Source: Candidatus Parcubacteria bacterium | GTDB taxonomy: Bacteria > Patescibacteriota > Minisyncoccia > Phycocordibacterales > Phycocordibacteraceae | Assembly (NCBI GenBank): GCA_034666125.1 | Contig: JAXDML010000007.1 | Coordinates: 5,270-69,269, forward strand | Direction: 5' to 3' | Length of the DNA stretch: 64,000 nt | Part shown: positions 46,484-55,950 of the stretch, one piece after another | How the letters are laid out: each line of letters starts with the position of its first letter | Position numbering within the stretch: the stretch's first letter is position 1 | The notes under the pieces: generated by a model | What the model saw: the letters and a program-made list of their open reading frames with translations, nothing else | Databases searched by the model: none | What the model was told of the DNA's origin: nothing | Made by a program: the position numbers and the translations under genes

Positions 46484-47278
46484 TTAAGCAGATCGAGCAA
46501 TACGTAGAGCTCTTGCAACGCCTTTTTTCTTGCCGATACTTGCGTCAAAAGCTCCTATATCAATTGCATGTAAGAACGTGTACCAGCACATAGCTTCTTT
46601 CTCGTGAGAAAAGCGATGCCTTGAATATGCTTTTCGAAATTTTGTATATAGTTTCGGATGAAAATATTTAAACGGTGCCAAGTCATATAGTTCATCTCCC
46701 CAGAACGGGCCTTCGAAATCTAGAAAGAATACTTCGCCTTCAGGGGTAACACGAATATTATCAAGATGTAAATCCGCATGAATGATTGCCGGCTTGAAAG
46801 CGCGAATACCTAAGTCAGAAAGCTCTTTTGCGCGCCGTTCTAACTCTTTCAATTCTTTCATATTTAAAAAACCTAATGCATGCATAGCTTGAAGTCCCTT
46901 TTTCATTCTTTTGTGCATAAACTTAATCCAGTTTTGTGATGTATTTTTCAACGGTTTGCTTAGTTCCCCAAGATGGTTGCTTCGAACGGTGTGTAATTTA
47001 TTGAAGGCAGCAGCGATGTTCCTAAGTAAAGTGGCCTTGCTGATATTCGATCCTTGGGGATTCGTGCCGGGAATATAATCCATGAATATGGCTTTGTTGC
47101 GCACTGACCGGACTCTTGGAACAGCGATGCCGTTTTTGGCGAGGAGTTTAAGCGCGGCCGCCTCTTTGCGTACATCTCCGTATTCTGAAGTTTTTACAAC
47201 TACCTTCTTGTGCTTATAGGACCGTAAAATTACCTTACTAGCCTCGCCGCCTACAAGAAAAGTTTCGCTGTATTTCAT
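46484..47278 (-). CDS. phosphotransferase-family kinase (APH/choline-kinase-like), AT-rich gene
   Basis: Brenner motif IIHADLHLDNIRV and FLDFEG; 264 aa. Substrate unknown. Confidence 0.65.
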   Translation of the reverse strand: MKYSETFLVGGEASKVILRSYKHKKVVVKTSEYGDVRKEAAALKLLAKNGIAVPRVRSVRNKAIFMDYIPGTNPQGSNISKATLLRNIAAAFNKLHTVRSNHLGELSKPLKNTSQNWIKFMHKRMKKGLQAMHALGFLNMKELKELERRAKELSDLGIRAFKPAIIHADLHLDNIRVTPEGEVFFLDFEGPFWGDELYDLAPFKYFHPKLYTKFRKAYSRHRFSHEKEAMCWYTFLHAIDIGAFDASIGKKKGVARALRIARSA

Positions 47279-47341
47279 ATCTAGTTTTACAACGTAAGTT
47301 CAATAATTTAAGCGGGGTCCTTCGATACTAAATACTTCAGG

Positions 47342-47428
47342 CGGAGACGGTGGGATTCGAACCCACGAGGGGTGTTATCCCCTACCTCGTTAGCAGTGAG
47401 GCGCTTTCGGCCACTCAGCCACGTCTCC
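47342..47428 (-). tRNA. tRNA-Ser (GCU), long variable arm, no CCA
   Basis: Reverse complement ggagacgtggctgagtggccgaaagcgcctcactgctaacgaggtaggggataacacccctcgtgggttcgaatcccaccgtctccg. Confidence 0.85.
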
Positions 47429-47565
47429 ATTCTATGTGCCTGGCTATCCTACTTTATTTTATGGGCCTTTCCAACCGCTTCACTTCCTCTTCATTCTCGC
47501 AAGCTTATATATGGAAGGAACACATCTAGTACACTAGTTCCATAGAAGCTAACTTCCTTGAACCC

Positions 47566-48063
47566 ATGAACACCAAGCCTCTTTTGATAGTGCTCGCGAT
47601 CGTCGTCGTGCTGCTTATCGGATACTTCGCCTTCGCCGGAGGGAAGGCGTCCGCGCCGACCGAGACCGCAACGACCACGACTACGGGAGTTCCGACAACT
47701 GATACTTCAGGTGCGCCTGTCGTGACGACAACTACGACGACCACTCAGACGAATGTCACCATCACCTACGGGCCGAACGGTTTCTCGCCGGCAAACGTCA
47801 CCGTCGCTCCGGGAACGACCGTGACCTGGGTGAACAGCGGCAGCGGCCGCATGTGGGTCGCCTCCGACGTGCATCCGACGCATACCGAATTCGACGGGAC
47901 CTCGACCGCGCAGCATTGCGAGAACGGTACGCCGACGGGAGCGGGCGTCTTCGACGCTTGCGGTGCCGTATCGAGCTTCAGCTTCACCTTCACCAAGGCC
48001 GGTTCCTGGGACTACCACAACCACTCGCAGTCTAGCCATGGAGGTACGGTAACGGTCAGATAG
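47566..48063 (+). CDS. secreted/membrane-anchored Thr-rich protein with beta-sandwich (cupredoxin-like?) domain
   Basis: N-terminal anchor, a poly-Thr linker and a roughly 100-aa domain ITYGPNGFSPANVTVAPGTTVTW... A copper site is not evident. Confidence 0.35.
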   Translation: MNTKPLLIVLAIVVVLLIGYFAFAGGKASAPTETATTTTTGVPTTDTSGAPVVTTTTTTTQTNVTITYGPNGFSPANVTVAPGTTVTWVNSGSGRMWVASDVHPTHTEFDGTSTAQHCENGTPTGAGVFDACGAVSSFSFTFTKAGSWDYHNHSQSSHGGTVTVR

Positions 48064-48111
48064 CATGACGAGGCCGTTCTCGAGCCCCTGTAGAGAGGGC
48101 TATGTACTCCC

Positions 48112-48549
48112 ATGAAGCGCACGCGCAGCGCCGGCGGCATCGTGCTTGGCGACAGCGGGACCGTCGTGCTGGTGCAGCACCGCAGCGGTAACGGGATGTG
48201 GCTCTTCCCTAAGGGGCGTCTTGAGGACGGCGAGTCGGACGGAGAAGCGGCTCGACGTGAGATCGCCGAAGAAACGGGTCTATCGGATATCGAGTTTCTG
48301 GACGACCTCGGCTCGTATGAACGGCATCCGATAAGCAAGAGCGGTACGGACGACCGTACTGAAATGAAGCAGATACATATGTTCCTGTTCGCGGCGAAAG
48401 CGGGCGCCGGTCTGGCGCCGACCGAAGAGATCGGTGCGGCGAAGTGGGTTCCTTTGACGCATGTAGCCGAGGAATGCGGAAGCGACCGCGACCGTGCGTG
48501 GTTCGCTACTGTATATAAACGGGTACGAGAAGCAGTTACTCGCGATTAG
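48112..48549 (+). CDS. NUDIX hydrolase
   Basis: Nudix box GRLEDGESDGEAARREIAEETG. Confidence 0.8.
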   Translation: MKRTRSAGGIVLGDSGTVVLVQHRSGNGMWLFPKGRLEDGESDGEAARREIAEETGLSDIEFLDDLGSYERHPISKSGTDDRTEMKQIHMFLFAAKAGAGLAPTEEIGAAKWVPLTHVAEECGSDRDRAWFATVYKRVREAVTRD

Positions 48550-48554
48550 GCGCT

Positions 48555-49691
48555 CTAACGTACCGACTTCGCGACGGTGGGAACGACGCGCCTGTCGAGG
48601 ACGTCCGGGATGATCTTCGCTGGAGTCGGGCGCGTGACGAGCGCGGCCAAGGCGCGCGCGGCGCGAAGCTTCGTGTCCTCGGTTATCTTCGTGATGCCCT
48701 TATCGAGAGCGCCCCGGAAGATGCCCGGGAAGACGAGTGCGTTGTTTATTTGGTTAGGAAAATCGGAACGTCCGGTCGCGATGACGCGAGCGCCTGCAGC
48801 GCGCGCTTGGTCCGGCAGTATCTCCGGCTCCGGGTTCGCGAGCGCGAAGACGATGGCATCCTTCGCCATGCTTGCGACCATCTCTCGCGTTACGAGGCCT
48901 CGTCCCGACACGCCGACGAATACGTCGGCGTCTGCGAGCGTCGTTTGGATGGTTCCACGCACCTTCCGCGGATTCGTACGCTTTGCGAGATCCTTCTTGT
49001 GGCCGGCGAGGCCTTTCCGTCCCGTGTAAATGGCGCCGATGCGATCGAGAACGATGATGTCGCGGACGCCGGCCGCAGTCAGGAGCTTCGCGACCGCCGT
49101 GCCTGCGGCTCCGGCTCCCGAAATGACGATACGGAGCTTCTTCAGATCCTTCCTGACGACCTTCGCCGCGTTCATGAGTCCTGCGAGCACGACGATGGCC
49201 GTGCCGTGCTGGTCGTCGTGCATGACGGGAATGTCGAGCGCCGCCTGAAGCCGCTGCTCTATCTCGAAGCACTGCGGCGCCTTGATGTCCTCGAGGTTGA
49301 TGCCGCCGAAGCCGGGCGCGATAGCGAGGACCGTCGCGATGATCTCCTCGGGGTCCTGCGTCGAGAGCACGATAGGCCAGGCGTCCACGTCCGCGAACTC
49401 CTTGAAGATGAGCGCCTTCCCCTCCATCACGGGAAGCGCGCCGTACGGGCCGATGTTCCCGAGGCCCAGGACCGCAGAACCGTCGGAAACGACGGCGACG
49501 GAGTTCCGCTTTACGGAAAGCTGCCGCGCAACCTGCGGCTGCGCGGCCAGGCGCATGCTCGCCACGCCGACGCCGGGCGTGTAGTAGAGGGCGAGGTCTT
49601 CCTTGGAGCGGAGCTTTACCCGGGACGCAGTACCGATACGCGCGCCGACTTTTTTATAGGCATTCAGTATCTTCCGCTCGCGTGGGGTCAT
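48555..49691 (-). CDS. NAD(P)-dependent malic enzyme (small form)
   Basis: 378 aa; ...LALYYTPGVGVASMRL..., Rossmann GAGAAG and a malic-enzyme N-terminal domain. Confidence 0.85.
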   Translation of the reverse strand: MTPRERKILNAYKKVGARIGTASRVKLRSKEDLALYYTPGVGVASMRLAAQPQVARQLSVKRNSVAVVSDGSAVLGLGNIGPYGALPVMEGKALIFKEFADVDAWPIVLSTQDPEEIIATVLAIAPGFGGINLEDIKAPQCFEIEQRLQAALDIPVMHDDQHGTAIVVLAGLMNAAKVVRKDLKKLRIVISGAGAAGTAVAKLLTAAGVRDIIVLDRIGAIYTGRKGLAGHKKDLAKRTNPRKVRGTIQTTLADADVFVGVSGRGLVTREMVASMAKDAIVFALANPEPEILPDQARAAGARVIATGRSDFPNQINNALVFPGIFRGALDKGITKITEDTKLRAARALAALVTRPTPAKIIPDVLDRRVVPTVAKSVR

Positions 49692-49764
49692 AGACGCATC
49701 AGTATATAACGAAACAGGCCGTCCTTAAGGACGGCCTGTTTCTTCGTATTTCGGTTAGTGAAGT

Positions 49765-51279
49765 CTACCTAGCCGGTATGACGACGGGGTAAGGCCGTGA
49801 AAGGGTTCTGATGATGACCGTTCCCTTCGCGAGCTCGACATTACCCGGTCCGTATACCTGAACGGTATACATCCCGTCGGCAAGGTCGGTCGCGACCTTA
49901 TGCGACCACTTCCCGCCCACGACTGGAATGGAGCCGCTTCCGTAGACCTTGTCACCGTTACTGATCGCGATGCCCACGGTCGATGCGCCTGTCGCGGTAC
50001 CCGTGAGAGTCGGGTTTGCAGAGAAGTAGCTGCCGGAGCTGACGGTCGCAGTAGCGGCCGGGGGTGGCGTAGGGGTAGGCGGTGGAAGAGGAGGAGGAGG
50101 AGGGGGTGGCGGTGGCGGTGGCGGTGGCGGTGGCGGTGGCGGTGGCGGTGGCGGTGGCGGTGGCGGTGGCGGTGGCGGTGGCGGCAAGATTATACCCGGA
50201 CCCCTACTATAGATCTCCTTCGTTCCCCATGTGCATCGTATAGAGACATTCGGGTTGTTCCCCGCGTTCAGGATGCAGTTGGACAGAGCAGCGGCCTCTG
50301 TAATGTTCCTTGTCTCGATGAAAAGGCTGCCGTTCATGTAGCCGCGATAGGTATCGAGCGCCTCGGTCAGGGTAAGGGTCGTGGTGCTCGTGTTCTCGGC
50401 GAGAAGCGGGCCGTCCTTCTCACCCGTCGCCGGACCGTATATCCGGACTCGCGGATTGTAGACTCCCGGACCGAGGTCGTATCCGCTCGTGCGCACGAGC
50501 TCTCCTATGCGAGCATCGCTCCCTTCGTGCGCTGCACGGCACGGAAGGTCGGCCGGAAAGCCATACGCCTGTCCCGAGCCCTGGCGGACAAGATGGGAGC
50601 ATACGGTCGATCCGGCGGGAACGCCATGGCCGATGAATGTGATGGCGTACCCGGCACCGGAGCCGGCAACGGCCTCCCTGTTGCTCGGATTAGTGATCAC
50701 TACCGTCGTCTGGGTTATCGCGGAGTCGGGAATCGCGATCATGTCCGTCTCGAAGCCCTCGTAATCATCATCGTCCTGATCGATCGCGAAGTGGATGACG
50801 GGAGCGGAGGGAAACGCCGCGTAGCCGAGCTTCGTAAGGCCGATGCCGTACGTTCCGTTCTTATCCGGATTGAGCGTTACCGTGAGCGTAAACGTTTCGG
50901 TATCGCCCCTCTGGATATGGTAGTAGTTGCCGACACGGGCTGTATCCGACAAAAGGATGCCTGCGCGCTGACCGCTGAACGAGCCATAGACCGCATACGT
51001 AGCTCCGACGGCGCCGCTCGTATCCGTCGAGACGGGTATGTAGACAGCCCTGCCTTCGGCAGTCACCTCAAACGTGATTCTGAAGGTTCCGTAGCTCCCC
51101 GAGATCGGGGACATGACCGTTACATTCTGATCGGTATCCACCGACTCGATGGAGATGGCGTCGGCCGGTAGCGCAGGAACTGGCCGTCCGGGCTGGATAG
51201 CGGCAAGTGCCGGGACTGAAGACGCGAGAAAGGCGAGCGCAAGTACGAACAGTGCTGAAAAACGAAGGATATAGGCCAT
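49765..51279 (-). CDS. secreted protein with a ~35-residue poly-proline linker and C-terminal Ig-like domain
   Basis: Signal peptide. The long poly-proline run is encoded by (GGTGGC)n on the plus strand. Confidence 0.6.
   Translation of the reverse strand: MAYILRFSALFVLALAFLASSVPALAAIQPGRPVPALPADAISIESVDTDQNVTVMSPISGSYGTFRITFEVTAEGRAVYIPVSTDTSGAVGATYAVYGSFSGQRAGILLSDTARVGNYYHIQRGDTETFTLTVTLNPDKNGTYGIGLTKLGYAAFPSAPVIHFAIDQDDDDYEGFETDMIAIPDSAITQTTVVITNPSNREAVAGSGAGYAITFIGHGVPAGSTVCSHLVRQGSGQAYGFPADLPCRAAHEGSDARIGELVRTSGYDLGPGVYNPRVRIYGPATGEKDGPLLAENTSTTTLTLTEALDTYRGYMNGSLFIETRNITEAAALSNCILNAGNNPNVSIRCTWGTKEIYSRGPGIILPPPPPPPPPPPPPPPPPPPPPPPPPPPPPPPPLPPPTPTPPPAATATVSSGSYFSANPTLTGTATGASTVGIAISNGDKVYGSGSIPVVGGKWSHKVATDLADGMYTVQVYGPGNVELAKGTVIIRTLSRPYPVVIPAR
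50105..50185. repeat. perfect hexanucleotide tandem repeat (GGTGGC)x13.5 = (GCCACC)n coding poly-Pro
   Basis: Read directly at 50105-50185. Confidence 0.95.
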
Positions 51280-51353
51280 GCGGGTAGGTAATGGAGTAAT
51301 ACCTATACTCTACCACATAATCTATAATTCTGCAAGCCCTGCCGCAGGGGAAC

Positions 51354-52715
51354 CTAAGGCGCTTGGGAACAGAGTATGAGGAGCGCCTTCGCGGTCTTGG
51401 GACCGACTGCCCCGTAGCCGGTCGTTTCCGGAGTGCCGGAGGAGGCGATGCCGCTCTTCTTCTGGAATGCCTGCACCGCGCGCAGCGTCGCCGGGCCGAA
51501 CCAGCCGGTCACGAGTCCTTCCGGATACAGGGCCTTGTCCTTCGCGAGGATGGTCTGCAGCCGCTTGACCGCGCCGGTGGTATCTATGTCCTTCTCATTC
51601 TTTGCGGGAAGGATCGTCTGCGTGAACGGTGCGCATGCTACCGCGACGGGCTTGTCCGGCATGACGGGCGAGGTCGTCGCCACCGGCAAGGGAGTGAACG
51701 GAACTGTTGGCGTGACAGGTGTCGAAGTCGCGACCGGAGGAGTGGTCGTCGCTATCGGTACTACTGGCTCGGGCCATTTTGTCGGTAGTTTCGCAACCTT
51801 GCGCGGGTTCTTTACCGGATCGTCGAAGAAATCCTGGAGCGCGAGATACGTCTGGTACGCCGCATCCTTCGTCACCGTCCGGCGATGTTCGGGAAGCGTG
51901 AAGCGCGGCTCGGTGATGTAGCCGTACTCGATAAGGACGCTCGGCACGTTTAGCGTGCCATACGCTCCCATGGCGATGAGTTCCCGGTCCTCGACGACTC
52001 CCCTGCTCTCGCCCGGAAGCGTGGAGACATCCGAAAGCGCGGAAAGCCGCTCGGCGATGTCGCGTCCGAGCTCTTTCGCGGTCTTGCTGTTGCCGTATGC
52101 CGAGTCCGGCACGTAGACGGCGTAGCCGTTGTACTTGGAAGGCGCGTTCGCCCCATGGTCGGGGGCGTCGTTTATGTGCAGGTTCACGACCAGATCGATG
52201 TCGTTCTCGTTTGCCCACTTATTAATGCCGTAGAGGCGGAGCGCGACATCCTCCGGCGCGACCGAGTGCTCGACCTGGCTACCGTCCTCGATCTCCTCGA
52301 TGGAGCCTTTCTTCACGAGCTTCGCGAAAGCTTTCTTCTGCTTCTTCACGAACTTCTGTATATCCTTCTCTTCCTTATCGAAGTATTTCGTCAGGCCCTT
52401 GTTCCAGGAATCGTTGCCGCGCGTCACGATGACCTCGTACTTCGAATTGCCTTTCAGGAGACGCTCCAGCTCATCGGCTATCTCCGTCACGATCTCACGC
52501 TCGTATACGCCCTGATAGACTGCGCCGCCGTATCCGGGCTCGTGCCCTGCCGCGATGAGTATACGTACGGTGTCCCCGTCATACTGTTTGCGGAGCTCCG
52601 CAGCCGTCTCGCCCTTGGCGAAGCCGTCCTTGGTCGCCGCGATGGCGAGCGTCGGACTCGCAACTAATGAAAAGATGAGAATAAAAGAAAGAAAAGAAGT
52701 GAATGTGCGTGCCAT
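51354..52715 (-). CDS. N-acetylmuramoyl-L-alanine amidase (Amidase_3) with C-terminal peptidoglycan-binding domain
   Basis: Signal peptide, IAAGHEPGYGGAVYQGVYE (MurNAc-LAA) and a C-terminal PG_binding_1-like domain (LVTGWFGPATLRAVQAFQ). Confidence 0.8.
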   Translation of the reverse strand: MARTFTSFLSFILIFSLVASPTLAIAATKDGFAKGETAAELRKQYDGDTVRILIAAGHEPGYGGAVYQGVYEREIVTEIADELERLLKGNSKYEVIVTRGNDSWNKGLTKYFDKEEKDIQKFVKKQKKAFAKLVKKGSIEEIEDGSQVEHSVAPEDVALRLYGINKWANENDIDLVVNLHINDAPDHGANAPSKYNGYAVYVPDSAYGNSKTAKELGRDIAERLSALSDVSTLPGESRGVVEDRELIAMGAYGTLNVPSVLIEYGYITEPRFTLPEHRRTVTKDAAYQTYLALQDFFDDPVKNPRKVAKLPTKWPEPVVPIATTTPPVATSTPVTPTVPFTPLPVATTSPVMPDKPVAVACAPFTQTILPAKNEKDIDTTGAVKRLQTILAKDKALYPEGLVTGWFGPATLRAVQAFQKKSGIASSGTPETTGYGAVGPKTAKALLILCSQAP

Positions 52716-52788
52716 ATGCCATTTAGTATACCTGATGCAATGAAAACCTCATGATGAGCTGACGCGGGGAAAACGATATACTTACGCA

Positions 52789-54963
52789 ATGCGCGCGGAC
52801 GACATCCTCATTTCGCACTTCACCCGGCTCAAGCCCGACCAGAAGTCGGCGCTGAAACGCCTCGGTATCGAGACCATTCGCGACCTTCTCTATCACTTCC
52901 CCGCTCGGTATGAAGCCGCAGGACCGACAGGCACGGTCGCGGCGGTCGCGCCCGGGACCGAGGTCACGCTGTACGGCACCATCCGGAAACCCGAGACCCG
53001 CAAAGCCTGGAAGAGCCGTCGTCCGATGGCCGAGGCATGGCTCGAGGACGCGAGCGGAAAGATAAAACTCATGTGGTTCAACCAGCCGTACATCGCGAAG
53101 ACGCTTGCGGAGGGGCAGGTGGTGAAGGCAAGCGGGCGCATCGCGGGAATCGGTAGCAAGATGTACCTCGCGAACCCGGAGATCGACCGCTCGGCGGTGT
53201 CGGCGGAGGACGTGCACGGCTCACTGTTCACGAAGACCGACGGCGACACGCCTCTCGTCGAGGACGCGCTGTACGCCATCTATCCCGAGAGCAAGGGCGT
53301 GTCGTCGCTCTGGTTCCTGCATGCGATGAAGCGCGTCTTCGCCGCAGGCGTGCACGAGAGCATCATCGATCCGATACCGGGAGACATACTCAAGCGATAC
53401 AAGCTGCCGGTTCTCTCGACCGCGCTCGTCTTCCTGCACGCACCCAAGAAGGAGTCGGACGCGCAAGCCGCGCGGAAGCGTTTCGCCTTCGAGGAGATAT
53501 TCGGTCTGCAGCTTGCGCTTGCGCGGGAGCGCGCGAAGGCGGTACAGGAAAAGGCGCTCCCCGTGCATGTGGACCGCACGACGCTCGATACATTCGTAAA
53601 GTCATTCCCCTTCCCATCAACGAGCGCGCAAACGCGGGCCATCGAGAGTGTGGTGCATGACTTCGAGAAGATGCATCCGATGCGGCGCCTGCTTGAAGGC
53701 GACGTCGGAAGCGGCAAAACCGCCGTTGCCGCAGCGACGGCGTATATGGTCGCGACCTCTACTCCCCCGGGCCGCGCATCCGGCACTCTCCAGGTCGCCT
53801 ATATGTGTCCGACCGAGATCCTCGCGAAGCAGCACTTCTCGACCTTCGTCTCGTACTTCCGGGACCATCCCATCCCGATCGGCCTCATCACCGGGAGCGA
53901 GTGCCGGAAGTTCCCGTCGAAGGTCGGGTACGAGGAATCGGCGAAGGTATCGCGCGCGCAGTTCGCGAAGTGGGTCGCGGGCGGCGAGATCCCGATCGTC
54001 ATCGGCACGCACGCGCTCGTGTACAAATCGCTTGAATTCCAGAACCTCGCGTACGCGATCATCGACGAGCAGCATCGCTTCGGGAAGGCCCACCGACAGA
54101 AGCTCACGAAGAAGCACGCCATCTCTCCGCATCTCCTTTCCATGACCGCGACGCCTATTCCGCGTACCCTCGCCCTCACCCTCTATGGCGACCTCGATCT
54201 TTCGCTCCTCGACGAGATGCCCAAGGGACGCAAGTCCATCATTACGGAGATCGCGGGGCCGGAGAAGCGCGAGGAGGCATACGAGCGCGTGCGCGCCGAG
54301 ATGCAGAACGGTCGGCAGGTATACGTCATCTGTCCGCGTATCGACGAACCGGACCCGACGAAGGAGCTCGCCGTGCAGGCAAAGTCAGTGAAAGCCGAAG
54401 CCGAACGCCTCAAGAAGAACGTATTCCCGAACGCCACCATCGATATCCTGCACAGCAAGATGACGCCTGCGGCGAAAGAGAGTGTAATGAAGTCGTTCGA
54501 GGCTGGTGCTATCGATATACTCGTCGCCACGTCCGTCGTTGAGGTGGGCGTGAACGTCCCGAACGCCACCGTCATTCTGATAGAAGGCGCGGAGCGCTTC
54601 GGTCTCGCGCAGCTTCACCAGCTGCGCGGCCGCGTTATCCGGAGCAATCATCAGGCGTACTGTTTCGTGCTTCCGGAGTCGTACGGCCCCGCGACCAAGG
54701 ACCGTCTGAAGGCTCTCACGACCGCCAAGGACGGCTTCGAGCTTGCCGAGTACGACCTCGCGCTTCGCGGCGCGGGCGAGCTCGCGGGGAATCGCCAGTG
54801 GGGCGTCTCCGACATCGCCATGGAGGCCATCAAGAACCTCCGGCTCGTGGAAGCCGCCCGCGAGGAATCAACGAAGCTCGTCGAGAGCGATCCCGAACTC
54901 AAGAAGCATCCAGCGCTCCGCGCCATCGTCGAGGAGAAGACGAAGAAGCTGTACATGGAATAG
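52789..54963 (+). CDS. recG: ATP-dependent DNA helicase RecG
   Basis: 724 aa with a wedge/OB domain and helicase motifs (GDVGSGKT, DEQHRFG and a C-terminal helicase domain). Confidence 0.9.
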   Translation: MRADDILISHFTRLKPDQKSALKRLGIETIRDLLYHFPARYEAAGPTGTVAAVAPGTEVTLYGTIRKPETRKAWKSRRPMAEAWLEDASGKIKLMWFNQPYIAKTLAEGQVVKASGRIAGIGSKMYLANPEIDRSAVSAEDVHGSLFTKTDGDTPLVEDALYAIYPESKGVSSLWFLHAMKRVFAAGVHESIIDPIPGDILKRYKLPVLSTALVFLHAPKKESDAQAARKRFAFEEIFGLQLALARERAKAVQEKALPVHVDRTTLDTFVKSFPFPSTSAQTRAIESVVHDFEKMHPMRRLLEGDVGSGKTAVAAATAYMVATSTPPGRASGTLQVAYMCPTEILAKQHFSTFVSYFRDHPIPIGLITGSECRKFPSKVGYEESAKVSRAQFAKWVAGGEIPIVIGTHALVYKSLEFQNLAYAIIDEQHRFGKAHRQKLTKKHAISPHLLSMTATPIPRTLALTLYGDLDLSLLDEMPKGRKSIITEIAGPEKREEAYERVRAEMQNGRQVYVICPRIDEPDPTKELAVQAKSVKAEAERLKKNVFPNATIDILHSKMTPAAKESVMKSFEAGAIDILVATSVVEVGVNVPNATVILIEGAERFGLAQLHQLRGRVIRSNHQAYCFVLPESYGPATKDRLKALTTAKDGFELAEYDLALRGAGELAGNRQWGVSDIAMEAIKNLRLVEAAREESTKLVESDPELKKHPALRAIVEEKTKKLYME

Positions 54964-55010
54964 GGAAAAGTTGTACGTTCTGTCCAGAACGGATATCCTG
55001 CAAGGAACAC

Positions 55011-55850
55011 ATGCGTCACTTCACTCTCAAGAATTTCATTATCGGCTTAGTCTGCATATTCGCCGCGATCGGCCTCTTCCTGGTGCTCGGATACTTTGCC
55101 GTTAAGTTCGGCATCACTAACGAGAAAGGCGTCATCGACGTGCAGCGCGAGGCGTTCTTCGGAGCGGACTCGGCGCAACCCGCCGCTGCGGAGAACCGGT
55201 TTACCGGGCCCTGGCAGGAGTCGGAGGAATGGATGGTCATGGACGCCGCGATACGCCGGGATCAGGCGGTCATCGAGCGCGCCGCGCGCGACTCGGACGT
55301 CTCATCTCGTCTTATAGTGGCGAACCTGGTCTCCGAGCAGCTGCGGCTCTTCTTCACCGAGCGCGAAGCGTACAAGAAATGGTTCTACCCGCTCAAGATA
55401 CTCGGGCCGCAATCGCAGTTCTCCTGGGGCGTGATGGGCATGAAGGAGGATACGGCAGTGATGGTCGAGAATAACCTCAAAGACCCCGCTTCTCCGTATT
55501 ATCTCGGTCCGCAGTACGAGCATCTCCTCGACTTCAAGACTGCCGACGTCGTCGCCGGCGAGCGCTTCACGCGCATGACCGACCAGCACGACCATTACTG
55601 GAGCTATCTCTACGCCGGCCTGTACCTGAAGCAGATCGAGACGCAGTGGGAACGCGCGGGCTTTCCTATTGATGACCGTCCGGATGTCCTTTCAACGCTC
55701 TTTAATATTGGCTTCAAGTACTCGGTGCCGAAAGCGAACCCGCAGGTGGGCGGCGCGGCAATCACCCTCTCGAATGGCACGAAGAGCTTCGGCGGCCTCG
55801 CGCAGGAGTTCTATGATTCCGACCTCCTGATCGACATCTTCCCGCGATAA
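55011..55850 (+). CDS. hypothetical membrane-anchored protein
   Basis: Track ORF 54798..55850 overlaps recG, so it is started at MRHFTLKNFIIGLV (ATG 55011). One N-terminal TM. Confidence 0.5.
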   Translation: MRHFTLKNFIIGLVCIFAAIGLFLVLGYFAVKFGITNEKGVIDVQREAFFGADSAQPAAAENRFTGPWQESEEWMVMDAAIRRDQAVIERAARDSDVSSRLIVANLVSEQLRLFFTEREAYKKWFYPLKILGPQSQFSWGVMGMKEDTAVMVENNLKDPASPYYLGPQYEHLLDFKTADVVAGERFTRMTDQHDHYWSYLYAGLYLKQIETQWERAGFPIDDRPDVLSTLFNIGFKYSVPKANPQVGGAAITLSNGTKSFGGLAQEFYDSDLLIDIFPR

Positions 55851-55875
55851 GCGAGGTGCGCTAGAGTAGCCAGAG

Positions 55876-55949
55876 CCACCCTTAGCTCAGTTGGTTAGAG
55901 CACGGAGCTTATACCTCCGCGGTCCTTGGTTCGAATCCAAGAGGGTGGA
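55876..55949 (+). tRNA. tRNA-Ile (anticodon UAU)
   Basis: ccacccttagctcagttggttagagcacggagcttatacctccgcggtccttggttcgaatccaagagggtgga. Perfect acceptor and anticodon stems; loop CT-TAT-AC. Confidence 0.75.
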
Positions 55950-55950
55950 C

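Noticed and set aside
47566-48063. Calling 47566..48063 a blue-copper cupredoxin
   Set aside because: The Cys-His-Met copper-ligand pattern is not evident; it is left as a beta-sandwich domain of unknown function.
50101-50190. Possible CRISPR-like or mobile repeat
   Set aside because: It is a simple in-frame hexanucleotide microsatellite inside a CDS. There are no spacers and no cas genes anywhere in the window.
54798-55010. 5' extension of ORF 54798..55850
   Set aside because: It overlaps the recG 3' end in another frame and is basic low-complexity. The start was moved to ATG 55011, which gives an N-terminal TM.
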